A stretch of 64,000 nucleotides of DNA. Origin: Firmicutes bacterium UBA2203. Its GTDB lineage: Bacteria > Bacillota > Desulfotomaculia > Desulfotomaculales > Nap2-2B. How positions within the stretch are numbered: position 1 is the stretch's first letter; every line of letters begins with the position of its first letter. Made by a program: the position numbers and the translations under genes. Location of the stretch: contig DCUX01000005.1 in assembly GCA_002327235.1 (NCBI GenBank), positions 1,542-65,541 on the forward strand, in the 5' to 3' direction. Under the pieces are notes generated by a model. It saw only the letters and a list, made by a program, of their open reading frames with translations, did not search any database and was not told where the DNA came from. Of this stretch, positions 51,821 to 61,343 are shown one piece after another.

Positions 51821-52975
51821 TTATTCTTCCAGCCATAAGGTGACTACTTGATATTGGGCCTCTTTATCCCAGGTGGTAAGTTGGCTTTCTAATTCCTTAA
51901 TTTGGGCTTCCAGCTCTTTTGCCTGGTCGGGAGCGGCGTTTTGCCTTTGGGCAATCAAATTTTGATAACGCTGCAGGACCTCAGCAAATTTGGCTGAAAG
52001 ATCTTTTATTTCCGATTGTTGGTCATAAACTCTTCCTACGGCTAATAATTGCGGCGTAATTTCTTGGGTTTTATTTACCGGGACCTTTATTTGTAACAGA
52101 CCCATTAATTTTCCCTCTTTTTGTTGCTGTCCTAAGTTAGAACAATTAACCCCGGTTGTTTTGGCCGTAGCTTGTATCTTTTGTTGAGCTTGGGCCACAT
52201 TATCAACTTTTATCTGGTAAAGTTTACTTTCGCTAACCCGGGGTTGATTTAAAAATACCCGCGGCTCGTACTTACTTGGTAAACTTGCATTTTTATTTTT
52301 TGTTTCCGGAGTTATTACGGCCACCTTAGGGTGGTCGTTGTTACCCTCTTTTTTGCCTGAAGCCTTGTTTGAAGCTGGTTGGCTTTTATTTAAACTGGGT
52401 GACCCCTTGTTTTCTTTATTTTTGGTTTCTGGTTGTTCCTTGTTTTGGGCCTTTGGTTGATTATTAGTAGCTATGCTTATATTTGTCGGAGGCTTTTTGT
52501 TTTCTCCTAAACCTGTTTTAGGAATGGAGGGGGCTACCCCCTCTTTATTTTGGGCTATGATTTGCTTAAAAGGCCCTAAAGAATACTGGGGATACTTTAG
52601 GCTTAAACCAAAAGAAGTTCCTGCAACCAGAAAAAACAATACTGCTACGGCAAAGCCATACCTTAAATAGCTTACCTTTCTGTTTTTTAAGAAGGCCTTA
52701 TTGCCTTTGCTGATTTGAGACCGTAAAGCTTTAGAGCCTAACTTTTGGACGGCGACAATCTGGGCCATTACTTTTTGGGTAAATTCCGCGGGGGCCGGTT
52801 TATTTTCTTTAACCTGCAAGGCCGCACTTATCTTTTGTTGAAAGGAAAATTCTTTAAAACAGGCGGGACAGGAAGCCAAATGTTCCCTTATAACTTGCTT
52901 AGTTTGAGAATCAAGAGCACTATCCAGAAAGGCCGAAAAATTTTTCTTTGTTTTACGACAGCTCATTTTTTTCAC
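51821..52975 (-). CDS. Zinc-binding anti-sigma factor (zf-HC2) with TM helix and extracellular domain
   Basis: N-terminal C...HLASCPAC, a single TM helix, low-complexity linker; overlaps the sigma stop. Confidence 0.85.
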   Translation of the reverse strand: MKKMSCRKTKKNFSAFLDSALDSQTKQVIREHLASCPACFKEFSFQQKISAALQVKENKPAPAEFTQKVMAQIVAVQKLGSKALRSQISKGNKAFLKNRKVSYLRYGFAVAVLFFLVAGTSFGLSLKYPQYSLGPFKQIIAQNKEGVAPSIPKTGLGENKKPPTNISIATNNQPKAQNKEQPETKNKENKGSPSLNKSQPASNKASGKKEGNNDHPKVAVITPETKNKNASLPSKYEPRVFLNQPRVSESKLYQIKVDNVAQAQQKIQATAKTTGVNCSNLGQQQKEGKLMGLLQIKVPVNKTQEITPQLLAVGRVYDQQSEIKDLSAKFAEVLQRYQNLIAQRQNAAPDQAKELEAQIKELESQLTTWDKEAQYQVVTLWLEE

Positions 52976-53616
52976 TTGCCTCTCTCCCCCTCATTATTAG
53001 CCAAATCCCTTAATTTTTTTTGTAAACATTGGCGGGCTCTATTTAATCGGGATCGTACCGTGCCCACCGAGCAATTTAAAATTTGGGCGATTTCAATGTA
53101 ACTATATCCTTCCACTTCCCGCAAGATTAAAACAGTTTGTTGGGCCGGCGGAAGATTTTTTAACTCTGCCTTTACCTGCCGCTGGAATTCTTTTTGCACG
53201 GTTATTTCCTCTGGGCCGTCGTTAGAATCCGGCAATAACCGCAACATTTTTCCCTCTTCTGTTTCCAGCGGCGCATCAAGATTAAAGACCGGTTTTATTT
53301 TTTTCTTATGGTGGTTATTTAACCATAGATTAACCGTTATCCGGTGCAACCACGTTCCAAAATCAGCCTCGCCGCGAAAATTTCTTATAGCTAAGTAAGC
53401 CTGAAGAAAAACTTCTTGGGCTAAATCTTGCGCGTCGACCTGATTTTTTGTTAAACTATAACTAAGACCGTAAACTTTATCTTCATAAAAAGCAACCAGT
53501 TCGGCAAAGGCGTCTTGGTTTCCCTGCCTGGCGTGGTTTATTAAGTTTTTTAATTTTTCCACAGGATGTACACTCCTGTTGGGCACGGAAATAAATCCGC
53601 TTAAATGTTTAGACAA
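52972..53616 (-). CDS. ECF RNA polymerase sigma factor
   Basis: DAQDLAQEVFL, FGTWLHRITVN, GYSYIEIA...GTVRSRLNRAR. Confidence 0.93.
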   Translation of the reverse strand: MSKHLSGFISVPNRSVHPVEKLKNLINHARQGNQDAFAELVAFYEDKVYGLSYSLTKNQVDAQDLAQEVFLQAYLAIRNFRGEADFGTWLHRITVNLWLNNHHKKKIKPVFNLDAPLETEEGKMLRLLPDSNDGPEEITVQKEFQRQVKAELKNLPPAQQTVLILREVEGYSYIEIAQILNCSVGTVRSRLNRARQCLQKKLRDLANNEGERGK

Positions 53617-53840
53617 ATATTTCTTTAAAAAGTTCCTTAAAATAAAGGGTTTTTTAAGTCATTTAAAAATTTTTTTAATTATTCAACGATTGGCCTTCAT
53701 TCTTCATTTTCCTGTATTAGGTTAATTGTTGAGATATTGATAGCTAAATGTAAGTAGTTATATTTAATATTAGCATTTTATTTTGTTTCTTTTCAAGGGG
53801 CAATTAAAGGTAAGAAGGGGTAGCCTTTATTTAAAATTTG

Positions 53841-53869
53841 TTGACACTACTTGTTTATTATGATAACCT
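53841..53869 (+). promoter_or_regulatory. Sigma-A promoter for rpmG-secE-nusG
   Basis: TTGACA-17-TAACCT with a TGn extension. Confidence 0.55.
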
Positions 53870-53958
53870 TTACAACGTTGCGGCTAAGTGGTATTTTAAA
53901 CATGAAATATAAAGCTAAAGCGGCTTAAGATTTAAGACAACAGGGGGATAAGAGGACT

Positions 53959-54108
53959 ATGCGCGTTAAGGCAACCTTAGCTTGTAATGAATGTAAGCAC
54001 CGTAATTACATAACCAGCAAAAATAAAAAAAATGACCCTAACCGGATAGAAATGAAAAAATACTGTAAGTTTTGCCATACTCATACTTTGCATAAAGAAA
54101 CAAGGTAG
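53959..54108 (+). CDS. rpmG: 50S ribosomal protein L33, zinc-binding form (absent from the ORF track)
   Basis: [49 protein letters not shown]. Confidence 0.96.
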   Translation: MRVKATLACNECKHRNYITSKNKKNDPNRIEMKKYCKFCHTHTLHKETR

Positions 54109-54211
54109 TGGCTAGGAAAAGGCTAAAAAAATCTTGAGCTATTTTTAGGAATAAAAAAATCTGAAAGAAATACTTTCATTAAAAGTTTTGTGCCTAGATG
54201 CTTAGAAAGGA

Positions 54212-54547
54212 ATGGCTATATTTATGAAAGACCAGGCCAAAAGGACCAAAGAAAAAAATCAGCCGCCTAAAAACCATTTACCTAAGACAGGGCAAAAAAA
54301 CGTGGTGCCCCTTAAAAAATTGGAAAAAAAACAAGCGATAGCCAGAAAAGAACGTCCAAAGTATCTGGAAAAAACAAAAGATTTTTTACGCGGTGTCAAC
54401 AACGAACTGAAAAAGGTGCACTGGCTTACCCGTCGCGAGGTGGCTATTTACACTGGAGTAGTATTAGTAGCCGTAGTAATCGTGGGGGCTCTAATCTGGC
54501 TTTTTGATTCGCTTTTGAGTTTTTTACTTCAGTTAATCATAAAATAA
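54212..54547 (+). CDS. secE: Preprotein translocase SecE
   Basis: ELKKVHW followed by a single TM helix; lies between rpmG and nusG. Confidence 0.92.
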   Translation: MAIFMKDQAKRTKEKNQPPKNHLPKTGQKNVVPLKKLEKKQAIARKERPKYLEKTKDFLRGVNNELKKVHWLTRREVAIYTGVVLVAVVIVGALIWLFDSLLSFLLQLIIK

Positions 54548-54587
54548 GTCTATGGAGGTGGGGGCCTGATTTCAGGGTCTTTTATTT

Positions 54588-55115
54588 ATGGAAGGACAAT
54601 GGTATGTTGTGCATACTTATGCAGGGTACGAAAATAAAGTAAAAGCCAATTTAGAAAAACGAATTTGTTCCATGAACATGGAAGAAAAAATATTTGAAAT
54701 TATAATTCCCGTAGAAGATGAAATTGAAATAAAAGATGGCCGCAAAAAAATAAATAAAAGAAAAATTTTTCCTGGCTATGTATTAGTAAATATGATTATG
54801 ACTGATGATTCGTGGTATGTAGTGCGAAATACGCCGGGGGTGACCGGTTTTGTTGGGTCTGGAGGGAAGCCCGTATCATTGACTGAAGAAGAAATGCAGC
54901 AAGTTATACGCTCAACGAAAACGGAAGAGCCAAAAGCAAGAGTTGATCTTCCTATACACACCCCGGTTCGGGTAACTAGCGGCCCATTTGCAAAATTTAC
55001 CGGTACAGTAGAAGAAGTTTATCCAGATAAAAATAAATTAAAAGTTCATATTTCAATTTTTGGTCGCGAAACACCGGTAGAATTAGATTTTTACCAGGTG
55101 GAAAAGATAATTTAA
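54588..55115 (+). CDS. nusG: Transcription factor NusG
   Basis: WYVVHTYAGYENKV, FPGYV, KOW, FGRETPVEL. Confidence 0.97.
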   Translation: MEGQWYVVHTYAGYENKVKANLEKRICSMNMEEKIFEIIIPVEDEIEIKDGRKKINKRKIFPGYVLVNMIMTDDSWYVVRNTPGVTGFVGSGGKPVSLTEEEMQQVIRSTKTEEPKARVDLPIHTPVRVTSGPFAKFTGTVEEVYPDKNKLKVHISIFGRETPVELDFYQVEKII

Positions 55116-55127
55116 GGAGAGAAGGAA

Positions 55128-55556
55128 ATGGCTAAAAAAATTACCGCCATTGTAAAGCTACAAGTTCCGGCCGGGAAGGCTACCCCTGCACCCCCGGTGG
55201 GTCCAGCCTTAGGTCAATACGGGGTTAATATTATGGCCTTTGTTAAAGAGTACAACGAACGAACGGCAAGTCAGGTAGGCACGATTATTCCGGTGGAAAT
55301 TACTATTTATGAAGATAGAAGCTTTACCTTTATTTGCAAAATGCCTCCGGCCTCGGTCCTGCTTAAAAAAGCGGTTGGTTTGGAAAAAGCGTCGGCGGAA
55401 CCAAAAAGTAAAAAAGTAGCCACAATTTCCCGGGCTAAAGTTAGAGAAATTGCCGAAACCAAGTTGCCGGATTTAAATGTTCGTTCCCTTGAGGCCGCTA
55501 TGCGTATAATTGAAGGAACAGCCCGAAGCATGGGTATTGAAGTTGCGCCAGAGTAA
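55128..55556 (+). CDS. rplK: 50S ribosomal protein L11
   Basis: [22 protein letters not shown]. Confidence 0.98.
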   Translation: MAKKITAIVKLQVPAGKATPAPPVGPALGQYGVNIMAFVKEYNERTASQVGTIIPVEITIYEDRSFTFICKMPPASVLLKKAVGLEKASAEPKSKKVATISRAKVREIAETKLPDLNVRSLEAAMRIIEGTARSMGIEVAPE

Positions 55557-55574
55557 GGCGGCATTCTTTTAATA

Positions 55575-55601
55575 GTGGGAGGAATTATCCGATAATACCA
55601 C
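55575..55601 (+). promoter_or_regulatory. L1-binding autoregulatory RNA element
   Basis: GTGG-GAG-GA...TCC-GATAATA-CCAC just before the rplA RBS. Confidence 0.6.
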
Positions 55602-55615
55602 CAAGGAGGAATATT

Positions 55616-56323
55616 ATGACTAAACATGGTAAAAATTATCTTAAGGCTTGCCAACAAATAGATAATAGTGCTATTTATTCGCCTGCGGAAGCCCTAGAAA
55701 TAATTAAAAAAGTTTCTTGGGCTAAGTTTGACGAAACAGTTGAGGCCACAATTAAATTAGGGGTAGACCCTCGGCATGCTGACCAGCAGGTACGGGGAGC
55801 TGTCGTTTTGCCCTATGGTACGGGTAAAACGCGTCAGGTACTTGTTTTTGCCCAAGGCGAAAAAGCCAGGGAAGCCGAAAAAGCGGGGGCAGATTTTGTT
55901 GGGGCTGAAGACTTGGTAACAAAAATTCAGCAGGAAGGCTGGCTAGGTTTTGAGGTAGCTATCGCTACTCCTGATATGATGAGCCTAGTCGGGCGGTTAG
56001 GGCGTATTTTAGGGCCGCGCGGCTTAATGCCTAACCCTAAAACTGGCACGGTGACCATGGATGTATCCCGGGCGGTTGAAGAAGTTAAGGCTGGTAAAAT
56101 TGAATACCGGGTGGATAAGGCAGGGATTATTCATGCCCCCATAGGAAAAGTTTCCTTCGCTACGGATAAGTTAGTAGAAAATTTAAGTACGTTAGTAGAA
56201 CAGTTGGTACGGACAAAACCAGCCGCCGTAAAAGGCCAGTATATTAAAGGAATATCAGTTTCCTCTACCATGGGACCAGGGGTAAAAGTAGGGTTGTTAA
56301 ATTTAACGCCCGTACGGGCTTAA
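55616..56323 (+). CDS. rplA: 50S ribosomal protein L1
   Basis: [23 protein letters not shown]. Confidence 0.98.
   Translation: MTKHGKNYLKACQQIDNSAIYSPAEALEIIKKVSWAKFDETVEATIKLGVDPRHADQQVRGAVVLPYGTGKTRQVLVFAQGEKAREAEKAGADFVGAEDLVTKIQQEGWLGFEVAIATPDMMSLVGRLGRILGPRGLMPNPKTGTVTMDVSRAVEEVKAGKIEYRVDKAGIIHAPIGKVSFATDKLVENLSTLVEQLVRTKPAAVKGQYIKGISVSSTMGPGVKVGLLNLTPVRA
56288..56315. repeat. Degenerate REP family B copy forming the rplA 3' end
   Basis: GTAGGGTTGTTAAATTTAACGCCCGTAC; 25/28 match to the 47842 copy. Confidence 0.75.
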
Positions 56324-56345
56324 AAATTATCCGTAAAAATATAAA

Positions 56346-56476
56346 GTCGCCTAAGACAGTTGGTTTTTTATTAAAGGCAAACGCCGCCAACCAAGGCTTT
56401 AGCTTTAAGTAAAAATATTCTTACATTTTTAAGTTATTAATACAAAAAAGCCTTGGTTAAAAAGGCTTTTTGTTTT
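56346..56476 (+). promoter_or_regulatory. L10 leader with attenuator-like hairpin
   Basis: CCTAAGACAGTTGG...TTAA...CCAACCAAGG, then AAAAAGCCTT/AAGGCTTTTT followed by GTTTT, upstream of rplJ. Confidence 0.75.
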
Positions 56477-56502
56477 AGGCTAGAAGAAGGGAGGCTAGTT
56501 AG

Positions 56503-57033
56503 ATGCCGACAAAAAAAGAAAAGCAAAAATCATTGGCTGATTTAAGAGAAAATTTTCAGCAGGCTAAGTCTTTAATTTTAGTAAATTACCGGGGTCTAGA
56601 TGTAACCGCCATGAATAAGGTTAGGCGTAAATTACAAGAATCAGGGGGTGAATTTAAAGTAGCTAAAAATACTCTTTCGATGCTGGCGGCAAAAGAATTG
56701 GGCTGGCATGATTTAGCCCCGTTTTTAAAAGGACCAACGGCAATTGCCTTTAGCCTGGACGAGAATATGATACCCGCTAAAATATTATCTGATTTTACGC
56801 GTGAATTTAAGCAGCTAGAATTTAAAGCTGGTGTTCTAAGCGGTAAAGTACTTGATTTAAGTCAAGTGCAGCAATTGGCTAAATTACCCTCCAAAGATGT
56901 GCTTTTAAGCAAATTACTCGGAAATATTCAATACCCGCTTAATGGGTTTGCCGTGACTTTGCAAAACTTGTTGCGCAACCTTGTTTGTGCGCTGGAAGCT
57001 ATTCATAAAAAACAGGCGGCAGAAGCTTCTTGA
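56503..57033 (+). CDS. rplJ: 50S ribosomal protein L10
   Basis: YRGL, KVAKNTL, GPTAIAF, LAKLPSK. Confidence 0.97.
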   Translation: MPTKKEKQKSLADLRENFQQAKSLILVNYRGLDVTAMNKVRRKLQESGGEFKVAKNTLSMLAAKELGWHDLAPFLKGPTAIAFSLDENMIPAKILSDFTREFKQLEFKAGVLSGKVLDLSQVQQLAKLPSKDVLLSKLLGNIQYPLNGFAVTLQNLLRNLVCALEAIHKKQAAEAS

Positions 57034-57103
57034 GAGTCTTATATTTAATAAAATCGAAATACCAGGTGCTACTTAAGATCACTAAAAATAAGGAGGCAAA
57101 AAA

Positions 57104-57490
57104 GTGTCAAAAGTAAATGAAGTTGTAGAAATAGTTAAAGGTTTAACCGTACTAGAACTAGCTGAATTAATTAAGAAATTTGAAGAAGAATTTGGGGTTA
57201 GCGCGCAAGCACCGATGGTTATGCCCGTTACCTCAGCTATTGGTCCTGCCGCTGTTCCGGCGGTAGAGGAAGAAGAAAAAACAGAATTTGACGTAATATT
57301 AACCGCCGTAGGAGAAAAGAAAATTAATGTGATTAAGGTGGTAAGGGAAATTACCGGCTTAGGTTTAAAGGAAGCCAAAGAGCTGGTTGATAATGCTCCT
57401 CGTCCAATTAAAGAAAAAATAAATAAAGATGAAGCCAAGGCAGTTAAAGCTAAGGTAGAAGAACAAGGAGCCACGGTGGAAATAAAATAA
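57104..57490 (+). CDS. rplL: 50S ribosomal protein L7/L12
   Basis: [28 protein letters not shown]. Confidence 0.98.
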   Translation: MSKVNEVVEIVKGLTVLELAELIKKFEEEFGVSAQAPMVMPVTSAIGPAAVPAVEEEEKTEFDVILTAVGEKKINVIKVVREITGLGLKEAKELVDNAPRPIKEKINKDEAKAVKAKVEEQGATVEIK

Positions 57491-57519
57491 TTGACAACCA
57501 AAAATAAAAAGGTTACAAT
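57491..57519 (+). promoter_or_regulatory. Sigma-A promoter for rpoBC
   Basis: TTGACA-17-TACAAT directly after the rplL stop. Confidence 0.75.
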
Positions 57520-57902
57520 AAGCTTTTGTCTAAAACAAAAAGAATTGGTTTACTTTTTTTAGGTAATAATATATTAGTAATTCTCGCCCGTCTGGCAGGC
57601 TGCAGATTATTTGCCATATTGCCACTATCTTCACCTGCCGGCTTGACGGGTAGATAGGTTTTGTTACATAAGATAGAGGTTGCTTTCCTCCGGTCTGACG
57701 GGCAGATTTTATAAGGTCTACGAGGGACTTTATTAGGGAAATAAGGCTTGGAAGAGCCTCAAGCTTTACTTGTGCTGATTTAATTATTTTCCTTAATTTT
57801 TAATTTATTTAATTAAGCATGTCTGTAATGTTATGTAAAACTAATCTTTCTAGGAAGGATTAACCTGGCATTACATAGCACGCAGGGGGTGTTGGGTGTT
57901 AA

Positions 57903-60900
57903 ATGAATCCTGAAAACGCAGGAGTAAGAACGAGATGGAGCTTTGGTAAACTTAAGGAAGTTTTAGAATTACCTAACTTTATAGAAGTTCAGCGTAAATC
58001 ATACCAGTGGTTTAAAAACGAAGGATTGAAAGAAGTATTCCAAGATATTTCTCCTATCCAAGACTTCACCGGTAACCTGATCCTGGAGTTTTTAGATTAT
58101 ACTTTTGGGGGGGAGCCTAAACATTCTATAAAGGAATGTAAGGATAGGGGAGCTACTTATGCAGTTCCTTTAAAGGTTAAAATAAGATTAATTAATAAAG
58201 AAACGGGTGAGGTCAAAGAACAAGAGATTTTTATGGGGGATTTTCCCCTAATGACCGAGAAGGGCACTTTTGTTATTAACGGCGCAGAACGCGTGGTGGT
58301 AAATCAGTTAATTCGTTCTCCAGGAGTTTATTTTGCTGAACAGATAGACTTAAGTGGAAAAAAATTATATACCGCCACCATTATTCCTAACCGGGGAGCA
58401 TGGTTAGAATTTGAAACTGACGTTAATGATCAAATTTACGTCCGTATTGACCGAACTCGTAAAGTCCCTGTAGCCACCCTGGTAAGAGCGTTAGGTTTTG
58501 AAACCAACGCCGTAATTAGAGAGCTCTTTGAGGATGATAAATATATTCAGGAAGCTTTAAATAAGGATAATACCGGTTCCACCGATGAAGCCCTAGTAGA
58601 AATTTATAAACGTTTGCGCCCTGGCGAGCCGCCTACCGTGGAAAGTGCCCGTTCATTACTGCACTCGCTTTTTTTTGATCCCAGACGGTATGATTTATCT
58701 AAAGTGGGGCGCCATAAGCTGGCCAAAAAACTAAAACACGGGGTTCTTTACCATGATTCAAGTGAACAAAATTTTATCCGGGAGCTAACACCTGAAGATA
58801 TTATTGAAACAATTAAATATTTGCTTAGGTTAATGCATAAAAAAGGACAGATAGATGATATTGATCATTTAGGCAACCGGCGCCTTCGTTCGGTAGGGGA
58901 ACTGTTGCAAAATCAATTCCGCATTGGTTTGGCGCGTATGGAAAGGGTAGTAAAGGAACGAATGACTATTCAGGATGTTGATGTTATTACCCCGCAGGCG
59001 TTGGTTAATATTCGTCCGGTTGTAGCGGCAATAAAGGAATTTTTTGGTTCGAGTCAGCTTTCCCAATTTATGGACCAGACCAATCCGTTAGCAGAGTTAA
59101 CGCATAAACGCCGGATGTCTACCCTTGGTCCCGGTGGTTTAAGCCGGGAAAGAGCAGGTTTTGAGGTGCGTGATGTACATCATTCGCATTACGGGCGCAT
59201 TTGTCCTATTGAAACTCCAGAAGGTCCGAATATTGGTTTAATCGGCTCTTTAAGTTGTTACGCCCGGGTAAATAATTTTGGCTTTATTGAAACTCCTTAC
59301 CGTAAAGTAGATAAAAAAAATAAACGCGTAACTAGCGAGATTGTATATTTAACGGCCGACGAAGAAGAAGAAGCGGTTATTGTTCAGGCGAACGCACCTA
59401 TAGATGAAAGTGGTTACTTTACCACCAGTAAAGTTAATAGCCGCCACGCCCACGATTTTTTAGAAGTGCCTGTAGAGCGGGCGGACTATATGGACGTTTC
59501 ACCAAAACAAGTTTTTAGTGTGGCGGCGGCCTTAATTCCTTTTCTGGAACACGATGATGCTAACCGGGCTTTAATGGGGGCTAACATGCAGCGTCAAGCG
59601 GTTCCTTTAGTCAGACCAGAGGCGCCCTTAGTGGGTACGGGTATCGAATATAAAACGGCTTGCGATTCAGGGGCGGTTATCCTGGCCCGTCAGGCGGGAA
59701 TAGTAGAGTATGTTGCGTCAAATGAAATTCGCGTTCGCACCAGTAATGGTACCGTGGATTATTACAAACTCTTAAAATTTAACCGTTCCAATCAAGGTAC
59801 TTGTATCAATCAAAAACCAATTGTAAAAAAGGGGGAACGGGTCGAAGTAAATCAGGTCATTGCCGATGGTTCTTCTACGGATAAAGGGGAATTGGCTTTA
59901 GGCCATAATGTTTTGGTTGCCTTTATGCCTTGGGAAGGGTATAACTACGAGGATGCTATTTTGATTAGTGAGAAACTGGTAAAAGAAGATTACTATACTT
60001 CCGTCCATATAGAGGAGTACGAATGTGAAGCCCGGGATACCAAGCTTGGCCCGGAAGAAATTACTCGCGATATTTCTAACATTGGCGAGGAGATGCTTAA
60101 GGATCTGGATGAACGGGGAATTGTGTATGTGGGGGCCGAAGTGCGGGCCGGGGATATTTTAGTAGGCAAAATTACTCCTAAAGGAGAGACTGAGCTTACC
60201 GCGGAAGAACGCTTATTACGCGCTATTTTTGGTGAAAAGGCCCGGGAAGTACGTGATACTTCATTAAGAGTACCGCATGGGGAGTCAGGTAAAGTGATCG
60301 ACGTAAAAGTATTTTCCCGGACCCAAGGCGATGAGCTCCTGCCCGGAGTTAATCAATTAGTTCGAGTTTACGTAGCCCAAAAAAGAAAAATTTCCGAAGG
60401 GGATAAAATGGCCGGCCGTCACGGCAATAAAGGAGTTATTGCCCGCATTTTGCCTGAAGAAGATATGCCCTTTTTACCTAGTGGTACACCCGTTGAAATT
60501 GTCTTAAACCCCTTGGGGGTTCCTTCGCGCATGAACATTGGTCAGGTTTTAGAAGCTCACCTGGGCTGGGCAGCAAAGGCTTTAGGCTACCATGTTTCTT
60601 CTCCCGTTTTTAATGGGGCTACTGAGAAAGATATTCTGAATTTTTTACAACAGGCTGGTTTGCCTGAGGATGGTAAGGTTGTTTTATTTGATGGTCGTAC
60701 GGGCGAGCCATTTGATAGTCCGGTAACGGTGGGATATGTGTATATGTTAAAACTGGCCCATTTAGTTGATGATAAAATTCACGCCCGCTCGACCGGTCCT
60801 TACTCTTTGGTTACTCAGCAACCTCTAGGCGGTAAGGCTCAATTTGGTGGTCAACGTTTTGGCGAAATGGAGGTTTGGGCTTTAGAGGCTTATGGTGCCG

Positions 60901-61289
60901 CGTACACCCTTCAGGAAATTCTTACGGTAAAATCAGATGATGTAGTAGGCCGGGTGAAAACATACGAAGCGATTGTTAAAGGAGAAAATATTCCTGAGCC
61001 TGGGGTACCTGAATCATTTAAGGTATTGGTAAAGGAGTTACAAAGTTTAGCTTTAGATGTTAGATTACTCTCCGAAGAGAATGAAGAGATTGAAATTAAG
61101 GACAAAGAAGAGGATGTTGGGGAAGGGTTAAAAGAATTGGAGATGGGATTACCTGGAATAGAGCCCTTGGAAAACGATATTGATAATAATGAGGACCATT
61201 TTGAGAATGATGAGTTAGTTGAAATTTTTAATTATAATCATTTAGGCCTGAACGATGAAGGGGAGCAGGAACAGGAAAAAGAAGCATAA
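57903..61289 (+). CDS. rpoB: RNA polymerase beta subunit
   Basis: [38 protein letters not shown]. Confidence 0.99.
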   Translation: MNPENAGVRTRWSFGKLKEVLELPNFIEVQRKSYQWFKNEGLKEVFQDISPIQDFTGNLILEFLDYTFGGEPKHSIKECKDRGATYAVPLKVKIRLINKETGEVKEQEIFMGDFPLMTEKGTFVINGAERVVVNQLIRSPGVYFAEQIDLSGKKLYTATIIPNRGAWLEFETDVNDQIYVRIDRTRKVPVATLVRALGFETNAVIRELFEDDKYIQEALNKDNTGSTDEALVEIYKRLRPGEPPTVESARSLLHSLFFDPRRYDLSKVGRHKLAKKLKHGVLYHDSSEQNFIRELTPEDIIETIKYLLRLMHKKGQIDDIDHLGNRRLRSVGELLQNQFRIGLARMERVVKERMTIQDVDVITPQALVNIRPVVAAIKEFFGSSQLSQFMDQTNPLAELTHKRRMSTLGPGGLSRERAGFEVRDVHHSHYGRICPIETPEGPNIGLIGSLSCYARVNNFGFIETPYRKVDKKNKRVTSEIVYLTADEEEEAVIVQANAPIDESGYFTTSKVNSRHAHDFLEVPVERADYMDVSPKQVFSVAAALIPFLEHDDANRALMGANMQRQAVPLVRPEAPLVGTGIEYKTACDSGAVILARQAGIVEYVASNEIRVRTSNGTVDYYKLLKFNRSNQGTCINQKPIVKKGERVEVNQVIADGSSTDKGELALGHNVLVAFMPWEGYNYEDAILISEKLVKEDYYTSVHIEEYECEARDTKLGPEEITRDISNIGEEMLKDLDERGIVYVGAEVRAGDILVGKITPKGETELTAEERLLRAIFGEKAREVRDTSLRVPHGESGKVIDVKVFSRTQGDELLPGVNQLVRVYVAQKRKISEGDKMAGRHGNKGVIARILPEEDMPFLPSGTPVEIVLNPLGVPSRMNIGQVLEAHLGWAAKALGYHVSSPVFNGATEKDILNFLQQAGLPEDGKVVLFDGRTGEPFDSPVTVGYVYMLKLAHLVDDKIHARSTGPYSLVTQQPLGGKAQFGGQRFGEMEVWALEAYGAAYTLQEILTVKSDDVVGRVKTYEAIVKGENIPEPGVPESFKVLVKELQSLALDVRLLSEENEEIEIKDKEEDVGEGLKELEMGLPGIEPLENDIDNNEDHFENDELVEIFNYNHLGLNDEGEQEQEKEA

Positions 61290-61343
61290 AGTCAATTGAG
61301 CCTTTTTAATATCTTACTTCTCACAAGGGAGGTAGGTCATTTA

